This document shows, one piece after another, positions 29,387 to 39,083 of a DNA stretch of 64,000 nucleotides. Both the position numbers and the translations under genes were made by a program. The stretch comes from Candidatus Bathyarchaeia archaeon. GTDB taxonomy: Archaea; Thermoproteota; Bathyarchaeia; Bathyarchaeales; Bathycorpusculaceae. The stretch's first letter is position 1, and every line of letters starts with the position of its first letter. The stretch is from positions 1 through 64,000 of the forward strand of contig JBEKKX010000012.1 of assembly GCA_050010515.1 (NCBI GenBank). The letters run 5' to 3'. The notes under the pieces were generated by a model. It made no database searches and was not told the DNA's origin. It was given only the letters and a program-made list of their open reading frames with translations.

Positions 29387-30532
29387 ATGCTGTATCTTGA
29401 CGTTGCAATGCCGACTGCGTTGTTGACTGTGGTTACTGTTGCTTTGCTTTTAAACAAACGTGTTGCAGGAAGACTGCAGTCAACTGTCGAGGAAAAAGAG
29501 TTCCAGACAAGGGACATAATTCTTCTTGTCATCTTTATGGCGATTATAATTTCTGCTATAGCTTACACTTCTATAATTAACCCCGGGGCAGTGTTCCAAA
29601 ATCTCCTTCTTGTATTCTTTCTCACATCATACACTGTGTTGCTTTTCACGTTTTCATACGTGTTCTCTAACCTCCCAAAAATAAGAGCGCAGTTGCTTTC
29701 CGTTGGGTTCGGCGTAGCAGGCTTGATTACAGGGTTTGCTTGCCTTTTAGGTCCCCTTCAAGATGCCTTTACAGTTTACAGAGTAATAGCGTTTTTTGGG
29801 CTAGCAGCCTTCTGCTTTGGCGCTACAGTTTATGCACAGAAAAAGACATCCCTTAAAGAGCGGTGGTATGTGGCCGTTCAACCGGCAGCTATATTCATTC
29901 TTCTATTCGTATTCTTTAATTTCATTCATAACCCAGGCACCGCAGCAATATGGACTCCGTACCTTATGGACGTTTTCGGGTTAACCTTTGCTATTTTGAT
30001 AATTTTGTATCTTTCCTCCCTCTTCTCCTGGAGGACTGTGGGGCTTTTTGCAGTTCTCTTAACTGCGATGGATATCACTTTGGTTATAGGCACAGGAACA
30101 ATGGTTCAAGCTGCAACCCAGTTTACTGGGCTTGGGCTTCCAGTTCTCGTTTACTTGCCAAACATTCCAACTATTATTTCGACTCAAGGTGGCATCTTAT
30201 TTAGAGGGCTTGGTTTAGGTGACTTTTTCTTTGCAGGAGTTTTGGCAGTTCAAACATTCAACAAGTTCGGTAGAAAAACCGCCTTTATATCGATCGTAGC
30301 AATGGCTGTGGCATTTGGCATTTGGGAAGCCTGCCTAGAGGACATTTTAGCTTGGCTGCAACCAATCGTTGGACGAAACATCGGTGGTTTCCCGGGAACT
30401 GTGATGATTATTAGCGGTTGGGCACCCATTATCGCTTGGAAATTACTTAGCGAAAGAAACAAGCTAGCTAAAGTGCCGGTTGCTAAGGAACCACCCGGAG
30501 CACTCAAAGAACAAAGTTTACCTATACAATAA
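29387..30532 (+). CDS. Presenilin/SPP-like GxGD intramembrane aspartyl protease
   Basis: Multiple TMs, first Asp in LTAMDITLV, GLGLGDFFF, PAL-equivalent FPGT. Confidence 0.8.
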   Translation: MLYLDVAMPTALLTVVTVALLLNKRVAGRLQSTVEEKEFQTRDIILLVIFMAIIISAIAYTSIINPGAVFQNLLLVFFLTSYTVLLFTFSYVFSNLPKIRAQLLSVGFGVAGLITGFACLLGPLQDAFTVYRVIAFFGLAAFCFGATVYAQKKTSLKERWYVAVQPAAIFILLFVFFNFIHNPGTAAIWTPYLMDVFGLTFAILIILYLSSLFSWRTVGLFAVLLTAMDITLVIGTGTMVQAATQFTGLGLPVLVYLPNIPTIISTQGGILFRGLGLGDFFFAGVLAVQTFNKFGRKTAFISIVAMAVAFGIWEACLEDILAWLQPIVGRNIGGFPGTVMIISGWAPIIAWKLLSERNKLAKVPVAKEPPGALKEQSLPIQ

Positions 30533-30612
30533 GAGATTTCAAGTTTTATTGTCGAGTTTGTGAATAAATATTTTTTTGGGAAAAATTGGTTAAAAATAAG
30601 AGAGGGGCTAAT

Positions 30613-30942
30613 TTACCCGAATAGGGCGCCTAATCCTTCTAGAGCTGCTTCTTCTTTGGCTTTTTCCTCTTCAGCTTTCTTCTTCTTGTCTTCTGGAGCT
30701 GCGGCTGCTGGCTTCTGTTCTGCTGGCGCGCCACCTGCTGGAGCTACTGGAGCGGCAGCCATCATTGTCGGTGCGGCTTTAATTGCTTCGTCAATGTTTA
30801 CTTCGCTGAGGGATGCCACTAGTGCTTTTACTTGTATTGGGTCAACTGTGATTCCTGCTGCTTTGAGAACGTTTGTTACTGAATCTTCATCTATTTCTTT
30901 TCCTGCCTTGTGAAGGAGCATCGCTGCGTAAATGTTTTCCAT
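30613..30942 (-). CDS. rpl12: Ribosomal stalk protein P1 (L12p)
   Basis: YAAMLLHKAGKEI…Ala-rich hinge…GLGALFG. Confidence 0.97.
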   Translation of the reverse strand: MENIYAAMLLHKAGKEIDEDSVTNVLKAAGITVDPIQVKALVASLSEVNIDEAIKAAPTMMAAAPVAPAGGAPAEQKPAAAAPEDKKKKAEEEKAKEEAALEGLGALFG

Positions 30943-31224
30943 ACCTTTTCACCTCTTCAACGGACTATTTTAACTTTTTCAGTTGGTTAGACCCGCCTCG
31001 TTTGAAGAAGCTGATCGTTACCTTGAATTGGCAGTTAGTTCTGCCGTTTTCTTGCCGTTTAGAAGAATACCCAATACCTTAAGAACCTTTCGTACATGCT
31101 TTTGGCTAGCATAGTTACAATCTTTTGTGCCTAAGCAAAATTTCCATGTGAAAGCTTGTAATGTCTTCATAATGCTTATCTTTAAGACGAAGCACAATGC
31201 GGTGATTTACAGGTTAATGATACT

Positions 31225-32196
31225 ATGGGAAACATTACAGTCGCCATTCTCGGCGCTTTAGATTACGGCAACAGCCTTGGCAAAAAAGGCACAACCACAG
31301 ACATAACATTCTATAACCTGAAAAAAGGCGAAGCCACAGTAACCCTCATTGAACCCACACGGTACCCCGAAAGGCTAGCGCCACTGTTCTACGCTGTCTC
31401 TCTATCGAAAAAGGCAATAGTCGTCGTGGATGAGATAAACGCGTCTTTCGGCGAATGCCTAATAATGCTCCAATGCGCAGACATCAAAAGCGGCTTCATA
31501 ATCCTAAGAAACTACATCCCCAAAGAAAAAATCGAGCCACTTATAAAAGGAACAAACCTGGAAAAATTTGAATTCTTAGCAGATGACCCAGCGTTTCTAA
31601 GGGAACAGCTCTTAGCAGAGGCAGCAAAACAAAAATCCCCCGAAGTTCCAGTTGGACAACAATCAATTGGAACAGTACCGGTTGATCATGCATTTAACGT
31701 TAAAGGCGTAGGTGTCGTCATACTAGGCGTAGTTACAAGCGCAATCGTTCAGAAGCACGCGACGCTAAACGTTCTTCCAGATGGAAAAACAGCGCAAGTC
31801 CGCTCTATCCAAAAGCACGATGACGAATTTGATGTAGCTGGTGAAGGCGACCGTGTTGGGCTTGCATTAAAAAACGTTGAAGTTGAAGATTTAGACCGCG
31901 GAGCGGTTTTAACAAATGACCCATCAATTAAGACTGCATCCAAGTTGGAAACGCATGCTTCATTGGTTAAGTATTGGCAGGCGCCGATAAAGCAGGGAAT
32001 GGTAATGCATATTGGCCATTGGACGCAATTCATAACCGCTAAAGTTGAAGCGGTAGCCGACACGGGTGACTGGAGAAAGCCCGCTTTGACTTTAACGCTG
32101 GATAAACCGCTTGTCTATCGCCCAAACGATAAAGCGGTGTTGATGTATTTAGAAGGTGCAAAGCTCCGAGTCGCAGGAACCGTGGAGCTACCTTAA
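31225..32196 (+). CDS. SelB-like / EF-Tu domain II-III protein with degenerate G domain
   Basis: LGKKGTTTD, VDHAFNVKGVGVVILG, VRSIQKHD, GDRVGLALK; no canonical GxxxxGK(S/T) or NKxD. Confidence 0.88.
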   Translation: MGNITVAILGALDYGNSLGKKGTTTDITFYNLKKGEATVTLIEPTRYPERLAPLFYAVSLSKKAIVVVDEINASFGECLIMLQCADIKSGFIILRNYIPKEKIEPLIKGTNLEKFEFLADDPAFLREQLLAEAAKQKSPEVPVGQQSIGTVPVDHAFNVKGVGVVILGVVTSAIVQKHATLNVLPDGKTAQVRSIQKHDDEFDVAGEGDRVGLALKNVEVEDLDRGAVLTNDPSIKTASKLETHASLVKYWQAPIKQGMVMHIGHWTQFITAKVEAVADTGDWRKPALTLTLDKPLVYRPNDKAVLMYLEGAKLRVAGTVELP

Positions 32197-32334
32197 CTAT
32201 TAACAGCGAGTTCGACCAACCTAGTTAAAGACAGGAGTAGTTGCAATCTTTAATTAGAGCAAGAACATCGTTGAATTTTAAGAAAAAATCATATATCCCA
32301 AAAGCAATCCATCAATCAAGAGTGAATTAATGTA

Positions 32335-33468
32335 ATGTATAGAACTGGCGTTGCAAACTTGCCACTTCATGGTGGAAAGGCACCCTCATGGCTTACTGTG
32401 CGTATGCGTAAGTTAGCCAGGGAAATAGCAGACATAATGATTGAGGAGCAGGGCACAGCCACCTTTATCCAACGCTTATCTGACCCGTACTGGTTTCAAG
32501 CGTTCGGCTGCGTCTTAGCCTACGACTGGCACAGTTCAGGAGTAACCACCGTAGTCACAGGCATCCTCAAAGGCGCCTTGTCGCCGGAAGAGCACGGCAT
32601 CGCTGTTTGCGGAGGAAAAGGCAGAACCTCAAAGAAAACGCCAAGCGACATCGCTTTGGCTGGCGAAAAGTTTGGTTTTTCCGAAGAAACTATCAAAATG
32701 CTCACTTACAATAGCAAAATGGCTGCAAAAGTAGACAACGCCGCAATCCAAGCAGGATACCAGCTCTATCACCACGCCTTCTTAATAACTAAAGATGAAA
32801 AGTGGGCGGTAATCCAGCAGGGCATGAGCGCGGAAGACCGCACGGCGAGGCGTTACCATTGGCTATCCGATAACGTAACTGACTTTGTTGTTGAACCCCA
32901 CAATGCTATTGTCGGTAACGTAAAACGGGAAAGAGCCTTGAATATGGTGGCAAAAGATAGCGAAGCCGCTAGGAAAGCCTCTGTTGATTTGGCAAAGGAA
33001 CCCACCCGCAAACTTATGAATCTTATCCAGTCTACTGCAAAACCGCTTAACCAGAAGTCGCTGCAAGATTGGCTTCCAAAAACAAGTGACCCGTGGCAGC
33101 AAACCCTAAACAGCCTCAACATGCCCCGCAACATAAACTGGGACACACTCAGCCGAGTCTACGAGTTCCAACCCAACAACTACGAGGAACTCTTAAGCGT
33201 AAAAGGCGTTGGACCCGCCACAGTCCGCGGTTTAGCTCTCGTAGCCGAGTTGGTTTATGGAGAGAAGCCAAGTTGGGAAGACCCAGTGAAATTCAGTTTT
33301 GCATATGGGGGGAAGGACGGTGTTCCGTTTCCAGTTGACCGCAAAGCAATGGACGAGTCAATCCAAATCCTCAAACAATCAGTGCAGGAGGCTAAAATCG
33401 GCGACAAAGAAAAACTGCGCTCACTGCAAAGGCTAAGGCGGTTTGTTCCCGAGACCGCAAATTCCTAA
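32335..33468 (+). CDS. DUF763 family protein
   Basis: LPLHGGKAP.WL, DWHSSGVTT, YHHAF, QQGM, ARRYHW, HhH GVGPAT, GGKDGVP. Confidence 0.92.
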   Translation: MYRTGVANLPLHGGKAPSWLTVRMRKLAREIADIMIEEQGTATFIQRLSDPYWFQAFGCVLAYDWHSSGVTTVVTGILKGALSPEEHGIAVCGGKGRTSKKTPSDIALAGEKFGFSEETIKMLTYNSKMAAKVDNAAIQAGYQLYHHAFLITKDEKWAVIQQGMSAEDRTARRYHWLSDNVTDFVVEPHNAIVGNVKRERALNMVAKDSEAARKASVDLAKEPTRKLMNLIQSTAKPLNQKSLQDWLPKTSDPWQQTLNSLNMPRNINWDTLSRVYEFQPNNYEELLSVKGVGPATVRGLALVAELVYGEKPSWEDPVKFSFAYGGKDGVPFPVDRKAMDESIQILKQSVQEAKIGDKEKLRSLQRLRRFVPETANS

Positions 33469-33538
33469 AGCAGACATACTTAAAAAAACGAATAATTTTT
33501 ATTGTTGCAGGTTCACTTAATTGCCCGAGCCTGTCGGT

Positions 33539-33711
33539 GGGGTCGTAGTCTAGACAGGTATGACGACGGGCTCCAGAAGCAAGCAACGGGTTTGCTGACC
33601 TCGCCCAGAGGAATGACGAAGTTCTGGAGCGTGTCTAGAGAAACCCGTAAAGGACTGCTTTGCGCAGTTCTTGGGTAAAGGTCGTCGGTTCAAATCCGGC
33701 CGGCCCCACCA
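33539..33711 (+). tRNA. tRNA-Trp(CCA) with two introns (33577-33642 at 37/38; 33649-33678 at 43/44)
   Basis: Acceptor GGGGTCG/CGGCCCC-A-CCA; anticodon stem ACGGG/CCCGT around CT-CCA-G|A; BHB ACCC-GTA / GGGT-AAA for intron 2 restores the AGGTC variable loop. Confidence 0.92.
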
Positions 33712-33888
33712 AAACTTATTTTTGTAAAAAATAAGATTATGGAAATATTACTATGTTTTGATTACAATGTATTGTATAAGTTGACATTTTAAGTAAAATT
33801 AGAGAGCTGCTTCAAGTTTATCTCGGCCCACTCCCAATAGATTCCCGACTAAACCCTTTCGTAAGCTTGACACACCGTAGAATTACTT

Positions 33889-34005
33889 ATGCCAGCAAGG
33901 GTTAAGAACAAGTACCTTTCCTTGTTCGATGATTATGCTGTCAAGCGTTGGTACGATAACGTGTTAACAGGGTCGCAAGTGAACGCTGAGGGGTTTATAC
34001 TATAG
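33889..34005 (+). pseudogene. N-terminal fragment of an archaeal tyrosine integrase
   Basis: MPARVKNKYLSLFDDYAVKRWYDNVLTGSQVNAE resembles the D..V.RWYDN..RGS..TA N-terminus of archaeal site-specific integrases (recalled, not searched). Confidence 0.55.
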
Positions 34006-34063
34006 TGTTTAATAATAATAGGATGTTAAATAATTGCTTAAATGATAGGAAGGTCAAAGCAGT

Positions 34064-34507
34064 ATGAGCGGAAATAGTGACTCAAACATTTTAGAAATCG
34101 AGATTGACCCCAATGCCCTCAATTATCTTAAGAAAAACGATAATGTTTTCATACTTACAGACGTTGAAAATCCACAATACTCATACTACAAGATTAAGGG
34201 TTATGATGCTGATGCTAATCTTGTAATTAAATTCGAAGAGTTTGTCGAAATCTGCAAAACATATCATGATTCTCAAACTAACATAAACAACTCACGAACA
34301 GAATTTACTACTAAAACATTTGACGTAGCGTCTCCAGCAAAATTAAAGCATTATGACTTAGCATTTTATGTTGCGAAATCTGGTTTCTCAACGGTTGATG
34401 ATTGGTTAAAAACATTAAAAGCTGATGATGAAATTCCAGAATGTTCAACTGGACACAACAAAACATTCTATCTTTATCATATTCAAACCATTCAAACCAT
34501 TGCTTAA
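34064..34507 (+). CDS. Hypothetical protein (AT-rich islet cargo)
   Basis: 147-aa ORF with GGAAGG SD. Confidence 0.7.
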   Translation: MSGNSDSNILEIEIDPNALNYLKKNDNVFILTDVENPQYSYYKIKGYDADANLVIKFEEFVEICKTYHDSQTNINNSRTEFTTKTFDVASPAKLKHYDLAFYVAKSGFSTVDDWLKTLKADDEIPECSTGHNKTFYLYHIQTIQTIA

Positions 34508-34907
34508 AATAGCCCTAATCCCTTTTTTGTTAGTGGATTTTTCGACTTTGCTGTTTGTGTATCCACCAAATTGCAATAAAATACTGTCTATATTCTACGG
34601 ACAGCGTAATATAAAGTGGTTAAAAATTGGCTTCTTTTGATCAAAAACAAATGTTCTTCCTTAAGTATTTCCTTATACGTTTGAAACTTGCTGGATGTAA
34701 TTGAGCTTAAAATCATCTCCGCACCAACTTATTTTGATAAAGGCCAATTTTCTTTCTCAAGCGGTTTGCTGGGATTTGATTCCTAAGTTTGGATGTTACT
34801 CAAAAATGCGAGATCCAACCACAAAAGAAATATTAATCATAAGATAAGCTACCGCGTGGAGTTCGCTTTATAAGCTAGAAAGACATGTTTGCTCGGGAGA
34901 TGATAAT

Positions 34908-35864
34908 ATGCCATTCTGCGATGTTCCCTCGATTGAAGCGGTTAAGCTTTCAAAACAATACGGCTCATTTGCAGCGGTTTCCGAATTGAACCTCAAAATA
35001 GAGGGCGCAAAATGCGTTGGTTTTCTAGGTCCAAACGGGGCAGGAAAAACAACCACACTCAAAATGTTCACGGACTTGATCCGTGCTTCTTCTGGAGAGG
35101 CTCTGATAAACGGTATAAACGTTCATACTAACAAGAAGGCAGCACTGGCATCTGTCGCTGCGCTGATTGAGACGCCGGAAATTTACCCTTCACTGACGCC
35201 TCGCGAAGCGCTGATGATGATTGCTGAAATCAGGGGAGTGCCGGCGACAGAGCGTAAAAAGAGAATAGAAGAAGCCGTCTCCGAAGTCCATATGGAAGAA
35301 TGGATCGATAAGAGGGTCGGCAGGTTCTCCAAGGGAATGAAACAGAGAATTTGCATCGCCTCTACACTTCTCAGTGACCCATGCATCCTTCTTCTAGACG
35401 AGCCCACCAACGGGCTTGATCCTAGAGGAATGAGTGAAGTCAGGGACATCGTCAAATCCCTGAGGAGCAAGAAGAGACTGATTTTCATGAGTTCCCATAT
35501 TCTCAGCGAAGTTTCAGAGGTGTGCGACGAGGTCGCCATGATTGACCATGGTAAGCTGATCGTATATGACACAATTTCAAATGTGACTGCCAAATTTTCT
35601 GGAGGAGGCAACATGGTTGAAGTTGGGCTTCAGCGTCCCATCAATGCCCAATTAGTAACACGGAACATCGCGAAACTTTACGGCGTAGTCTCAGCAGAGC
35701 AAACAGATGATAGAAACCTAAGGATTAAGTTCAGCGGAGGCTTGGATGTGCAAGAACGGATTCTCTCTGATTTGGTAAAACTGAACATTGGAGTCATAAG
35801 TTACAGAGCAGCGTCCTCAGAGCTTGAAGACGCGTATCTCAAACTTATAACAGCTACGTTGTGA
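34908..35864 (+). CDS. ABC-2 type ATP-binding protein
   Basis: GPNGAGKTT, FSKGMKQR, LLLDEPTNGLDP, SSH. Confidence 0.95.
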   Translation: MPFCDVPSIEAVKLSKQYGSFAAVSELNLKIEGAKCVGFLGPNGAGKTTTLKMFTDLIRASSGEALINGINVHTNKKAALASVAALIETPEIYPSLTPREALMMIAEIRGVPATERKKRIEEAVSEVHMEEWIDKRVGRFSKGMKQRICIASTLLSDPCILLLDEPTNGLDPRGMSEVRDIVKSLRSKKRLIFMSSHILSEVSEVCDEVAMIDHGKLIVYDTISNVTAKFSGGGNMVEVGLQRPINAQLVTRNIAKLYGVVSAEQTDDRNLRIKFSGGLDVQERILSDLVKLNIGVISYRAASSELEDAYLKLITATL

Positions 35865-36748
35865 TAAACATGACCCAAACAAACTTTGAATCTGAAAATA
35901 CAATACCTGGTAGCATGGCGCAAGTCGGCATCTCGATGAAGTACACGTTTCTCGAATACTTTAGGTCGCGCAGGTTCCTTATAATGCTGATTATTACTCT
36001 ATTGATAGCCGCTCTTCTTACCATCATAGTGGCGTGGCGACGTCCTGAAGGTTTTCTAGTTTCAAATCTTGGGTTCTATTCCAGTTGGTGGGGTACTTCC
36101 GTAACCCTTGTAATTATACTGGCTGGAATTTTCTTCGGGGGAGACGCCATTTCGGGGGAGTTTCAGAATAAAACAGGTTACTTCGGAATCCCTAACCCTA
36201 TTAGACGGTCGTCCGTATATATTGGGAAGTGGTTGTCAGCTTTCTTAGCAGCTACTGCAATACTGGTCGTGTTCACAGTGATTACAATAGCCAATGGAGT
36301 TTACTATTCCATTACAATAGCCAATTTTGGCTCAGGTCTGCCGTATCAATTCGTCTACTCTTTACTTTTCGCATGGTTTTATCTCGCGGCAGTCATGGGA
36401 TTGACGTTCTTTTTCAGTTCGCTGTTTAAGAGCAGTTCCATATCTATTCTTGTAACGGTTATCCTCTTACTGTTCGGATTCACGCTAATTCAGACGCTGG
36501 TCTCAGATCTTGTCGGGATTGAACCGTGGTTTGTTCTGACTTACGGGTCAGGGATAATAGGCAGCATATTGAATGCGACTTATCCCCCATCGAAGCTCGT
36601 GACATCTACGCCGTTCGGCAATGGTCATACAATTACTACTACTACTTTCTACGCATCGGTTCCTCAAGGACTCGCCATCATAGGACTGTACTTCATCATC
36701 ATGACAATCTTGGGCTTGATGCTCTTCGAAAGAAAAGAATTCAACTAA
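35861..36748 (+). CDS. ABC-2 type permease
   Basis: Six TMs, DAISGEFQNKTG…PIRR…GK motif. Confidence 0.9.
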   Translation: MINMTQTNFESENTIPGSMAQVGISMKYTFLEYFRSRRFLIMLIITLLIAALLTIIVAWRRPEGFLVSNLGFYSSWWGTSVTLVIILAGIFFGGDAISGEFQNKTGYFGIPNPIRRSSVYIGKWLSAFLAATAILVVFTVITIANGVYYSITIANFGSGLPYQFVYSLLFAWFYLAAVMGLTFFFSSLFKSSSISILVTVILLLFGFTLIQTLVSDLVGIEPWFVLTYGSGIIGSILNATYPPSKLVTSTPFGNGHTITTTTFYASVPQGLAIIGLYFIIMTILGLMLFERKEFN

Positions 36749-36886
36749 GCAAACACACACGGGTTTGCTGACACTGCTAGGGAATAACGAATTTCTAGAG
36801 CTGCCTAGAGAAACCCGTACAGAGCGGCTTTCGTGCGGTTCGTGGGTAGAGGTCGTCAGTTCAAATTCGGTCGGAAGCCCCAACCA
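36747..36886 (+). pseudogene. Diverged duplicate of the tRNA-Trp 3' part including both introns (att site)
   Basis: Shares AAGCAA, ACGGGTTTGCTGAC, CTAGAGAAACCCGTA, TGGGTA-AGGTCGTC-GTTCAAAT and …GCCCC…CCA with 33577-33711. Confidence 0.88.
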
Positions 36887-37087
36887 TTTTTCTTCATATT
36901 TTCATTATGCCAAAATTTATTTTCTTAAGTGCACAATGATAACCAGCATCTGAAGAAGTGAATGTTTTGAGCTTTTGTAAGCATTAAATATACATCAAAA
37001 CCCCATTTTTTGTTTGCAGTAACCGTTCATTTTTTCGTTTTGGAGGGAATAAACTAAGATATATTCAGGGTGGACAATTAAGATTAA

Positions 37088-37876
37088 GTGATCATTTTGG
37101 TCTCCAACCGAAGTCTTGAACAGTTGCGAAGAAAAGCGCCGCAATTAATTGTTATAGCATTCGCTATCATAGTTGTCGTTTATTTTGTGCTTGATTTTTT
37201 GGAGGACGTCGTTATCGAAGGCGGTCCGATTACAAGCGAGCCAATAATTAGTATTATCCTTTCTATAACGCGTGGTGTAACTGCAACAGTGCAGGCTTGG
37301 GGTTACTCAGGTATCTTTGTGTTGATGCTGCTTGAATCAAGCTCTTTACCTATCCCGAGCGAGGTTATTCTTCCGTTTGCTGGCTACTTAATTTCCAGGG
37401 GGCAACTTGATCTTTGGATAACCTTAACACTTGCAACCATTGCTGGAATAGCAGGTTCACTGGTTGACTACTACATCGGGTTAAAAGGCGTTCAATCCCT
37501 AATTCAACACAAAATTTTAGGCAAAGTTCTCTTATCAACGAACCAGCTTGAAGTGGCAGAAAAATGGTTTCTTAGGAATGGCAATTTAATGGTGTTTATA
37601 AGCCGTCTCATCCCAGGTTTCAGAACGACATTTTCTTTTCCTGCAGGAGCAGCAAAGATGCCATTGAAAAAGTTCATAGCTTTCACCACTGCAGGTTGTC
37701 TACTTTGGAATGTAATTTTGATTTACTTGGGCTGGTACTTGGGCAAAAATTGGACGCAGGTAGCGGGCATTTCCCGTTACTTAATCATAGCTGCCGTAGC
37801 TGCAATCGTAATCATAGTTGTTGTTTACATAGTTAAAAGAAGGCAAACAAAAAAGCAAGCGTTAAAAAACCAATAA
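37088..37876 (+). CDS. DedA family membrane protein
   Basis: LESSSLPIPSEVILPFAGY, SRLIPGFRT..SFPAG. Confidence 0.93.
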   Translation: MIILVSNRSLEQLRRKAPQLIVIAFAIIVVVYFVLDFLEDVVIEGGPITSEPIISIILSITRGVTATVQAWGYSGIFVLMLLESSSLPIPSEVILPFAGYLISRGQLDLWITLTLATIAGIAGSLVDYYIGLKGVQSLIQHKILGKVLLSTNQLEVAEKWFLRNGNLMVFISRLIPGFRTTFSFPAGAAKMPLKKFIAFTTAGCLLWNVILIYLGWYLGKNWTQVAGISRYLIIAAVAAIVIIVVVYIVKRRQTKKQALKNQ

Positions 37877-37899
37877 AAAGAAGAAAAATTGAGGGATGC

Positions 37900-38925
37900 T
37901 TAACTTAGTTTTGTTATTTTTGGTTTCACGGTGCCTTTAATGCCTAAGTCTTTAGCTTCTTGCACCTGCAGCATACAATCCACATGGGACGCTTCATTGA
38001 ATACTTTATAATCAACCATTTCTAGGAATGCGGCGTCGATTGAAACTGGCGAGTCAGAGGCAAAGATGCCCACGTCCTTCATGACTACTTCGCCTGGATT
38101 AGGCAAACAGTCGCAGTATGGAGTGATGTCCTTGGCAAAGCTCACGTATGACACTTTATTCGGGTTAAAGGTGGAGAGTACCCCGTAAGCGGCTGAAGCG
38201 AGCGCCCTGCAGATATTTTCTTGATGGGTGAAGCTTATGGCTTCCATGGGGCAACCATGTTTGCACATTGGGCAACGCATGCATAAAGCTGAGGTGTTTC
38301 TTGCTTTTCCCTCAATAATTTCAGGCAAGTTCATTTCGCATATTTCTTTGCATTTGCCACAGCCAATACATCTGGATGTATCTATTTCTAAGCCTACTGT
38401 TCTATGCTGCCGAAGCTTGCCTGCTCTTGGTGTGCAGCCCATGCCGAGGTTTTTTATGGCGCCGCCGAACCCGCTGAGTTCATGACCCTTATCATGCGAG
38501 ACAACAATCATGGCGTCAGCCTCCGCGATAGCGCCTGACACTTCAATCTCTTTTAGTATGCCCTTGGTGGGAACTGTTCGGTAATTTTCGCCTTTAAGCC
38601 CATCTGCCACAATAAACGGCGCCATGTTAAACCCATTCATTAACGCCGTAACCATGTGGTCGTATGCATTGTTCCGTTGCGCGTGATAGTAAGTGTTGGA
38701 GTCTGTTAGGAAGGGTTTGCCGCCTGCCTCCTTAACCCTGCGGATTATGTCATGGACAAAAAATGGTTGCACGTAATATGGGTTGCCTAACTCGCCTACA
38801 TGCAATTTAACAGCTACAAGGTCACCTTTTTGTATGCAATCGAAGGTTCCTGCTTCATCGTAGAGGCGATTTGCCTCCATCATTAGATTACGTTTAGTAT
38901 CCCAAGGGATTAAATAAACGGTCAT
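37900..38925 (-). CDS. DUF362 family Fe-S protein with ferredoxin domain
   Basis: VAVKLHVGELGN, GFGGAIKNLGMGC, CIGCGKC, CMRCPMC, CDC, SPVSIDAA. Confidence 0.9.
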   Translation of the reverse strand: MTVYLIPWDTKRNLMMEANRLYDEAGTFDCIQKGDLVAVKLHVGELGNPYYVQPFFVHDIIRRVKEAGGKPFLTDSNTYYHAQRNNAYDHMVTALMNGFNMAPFIVADGLKGENYRTVPTKGILKEIEVSGAIAEADAMIVVSHDKGHELSGFGGAIKNLGMGCTPRAGKLRQHRTVGLEIDTSRCIGCGKCKEICEMNLPEIIEGKARNTSALCMRCPMCKHGCPMEAISFTHQENICRALASAAYGVLSTFNPNKVSYVSFAKDITPYCDCLPNPGEVVMKDVGIFASDSPVSIDAAFLEMVDYKVFNEASHVDCMLQVQEAKDLGIKGTVKPKITKLS

Positions 38926-39083
38926 GTTATTTTTCTTCCTCTTCACCTTTCAGTAATTAAGAATTTTAATATAAATGTACTCTGCAAAATTGATTCTTTT
39001 TTAAAAATTACAGAAGTTCGATAATGAGGCAAGTTTTATTTAGAAATATCAAAGTATTGTCTCTAACTACAAAGGTTTATTCT

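Larger units (their letters stand above)
33712..36886. mobile_element. Decayed integrative islet at tRNA-Trp
   Basis: Bounded by the intact tRNA and a diverged duplicate of its 3' part; contains an integrase-like 5' fragment. Confidence 0.75.

Noticed and set aside
31225-32196. Selenocysteine system (true SelB)
   Set aside because: G domain is degenerate, no domain IV, and no tRNA-Sec or in-frame TGA in the hydrogenase
33392-33586. ORF overlapping tRNA-Trp, and ORFs 36548-36883 and 36765-36953
   Set aside because: Shadows of the tRNA and its duplicate
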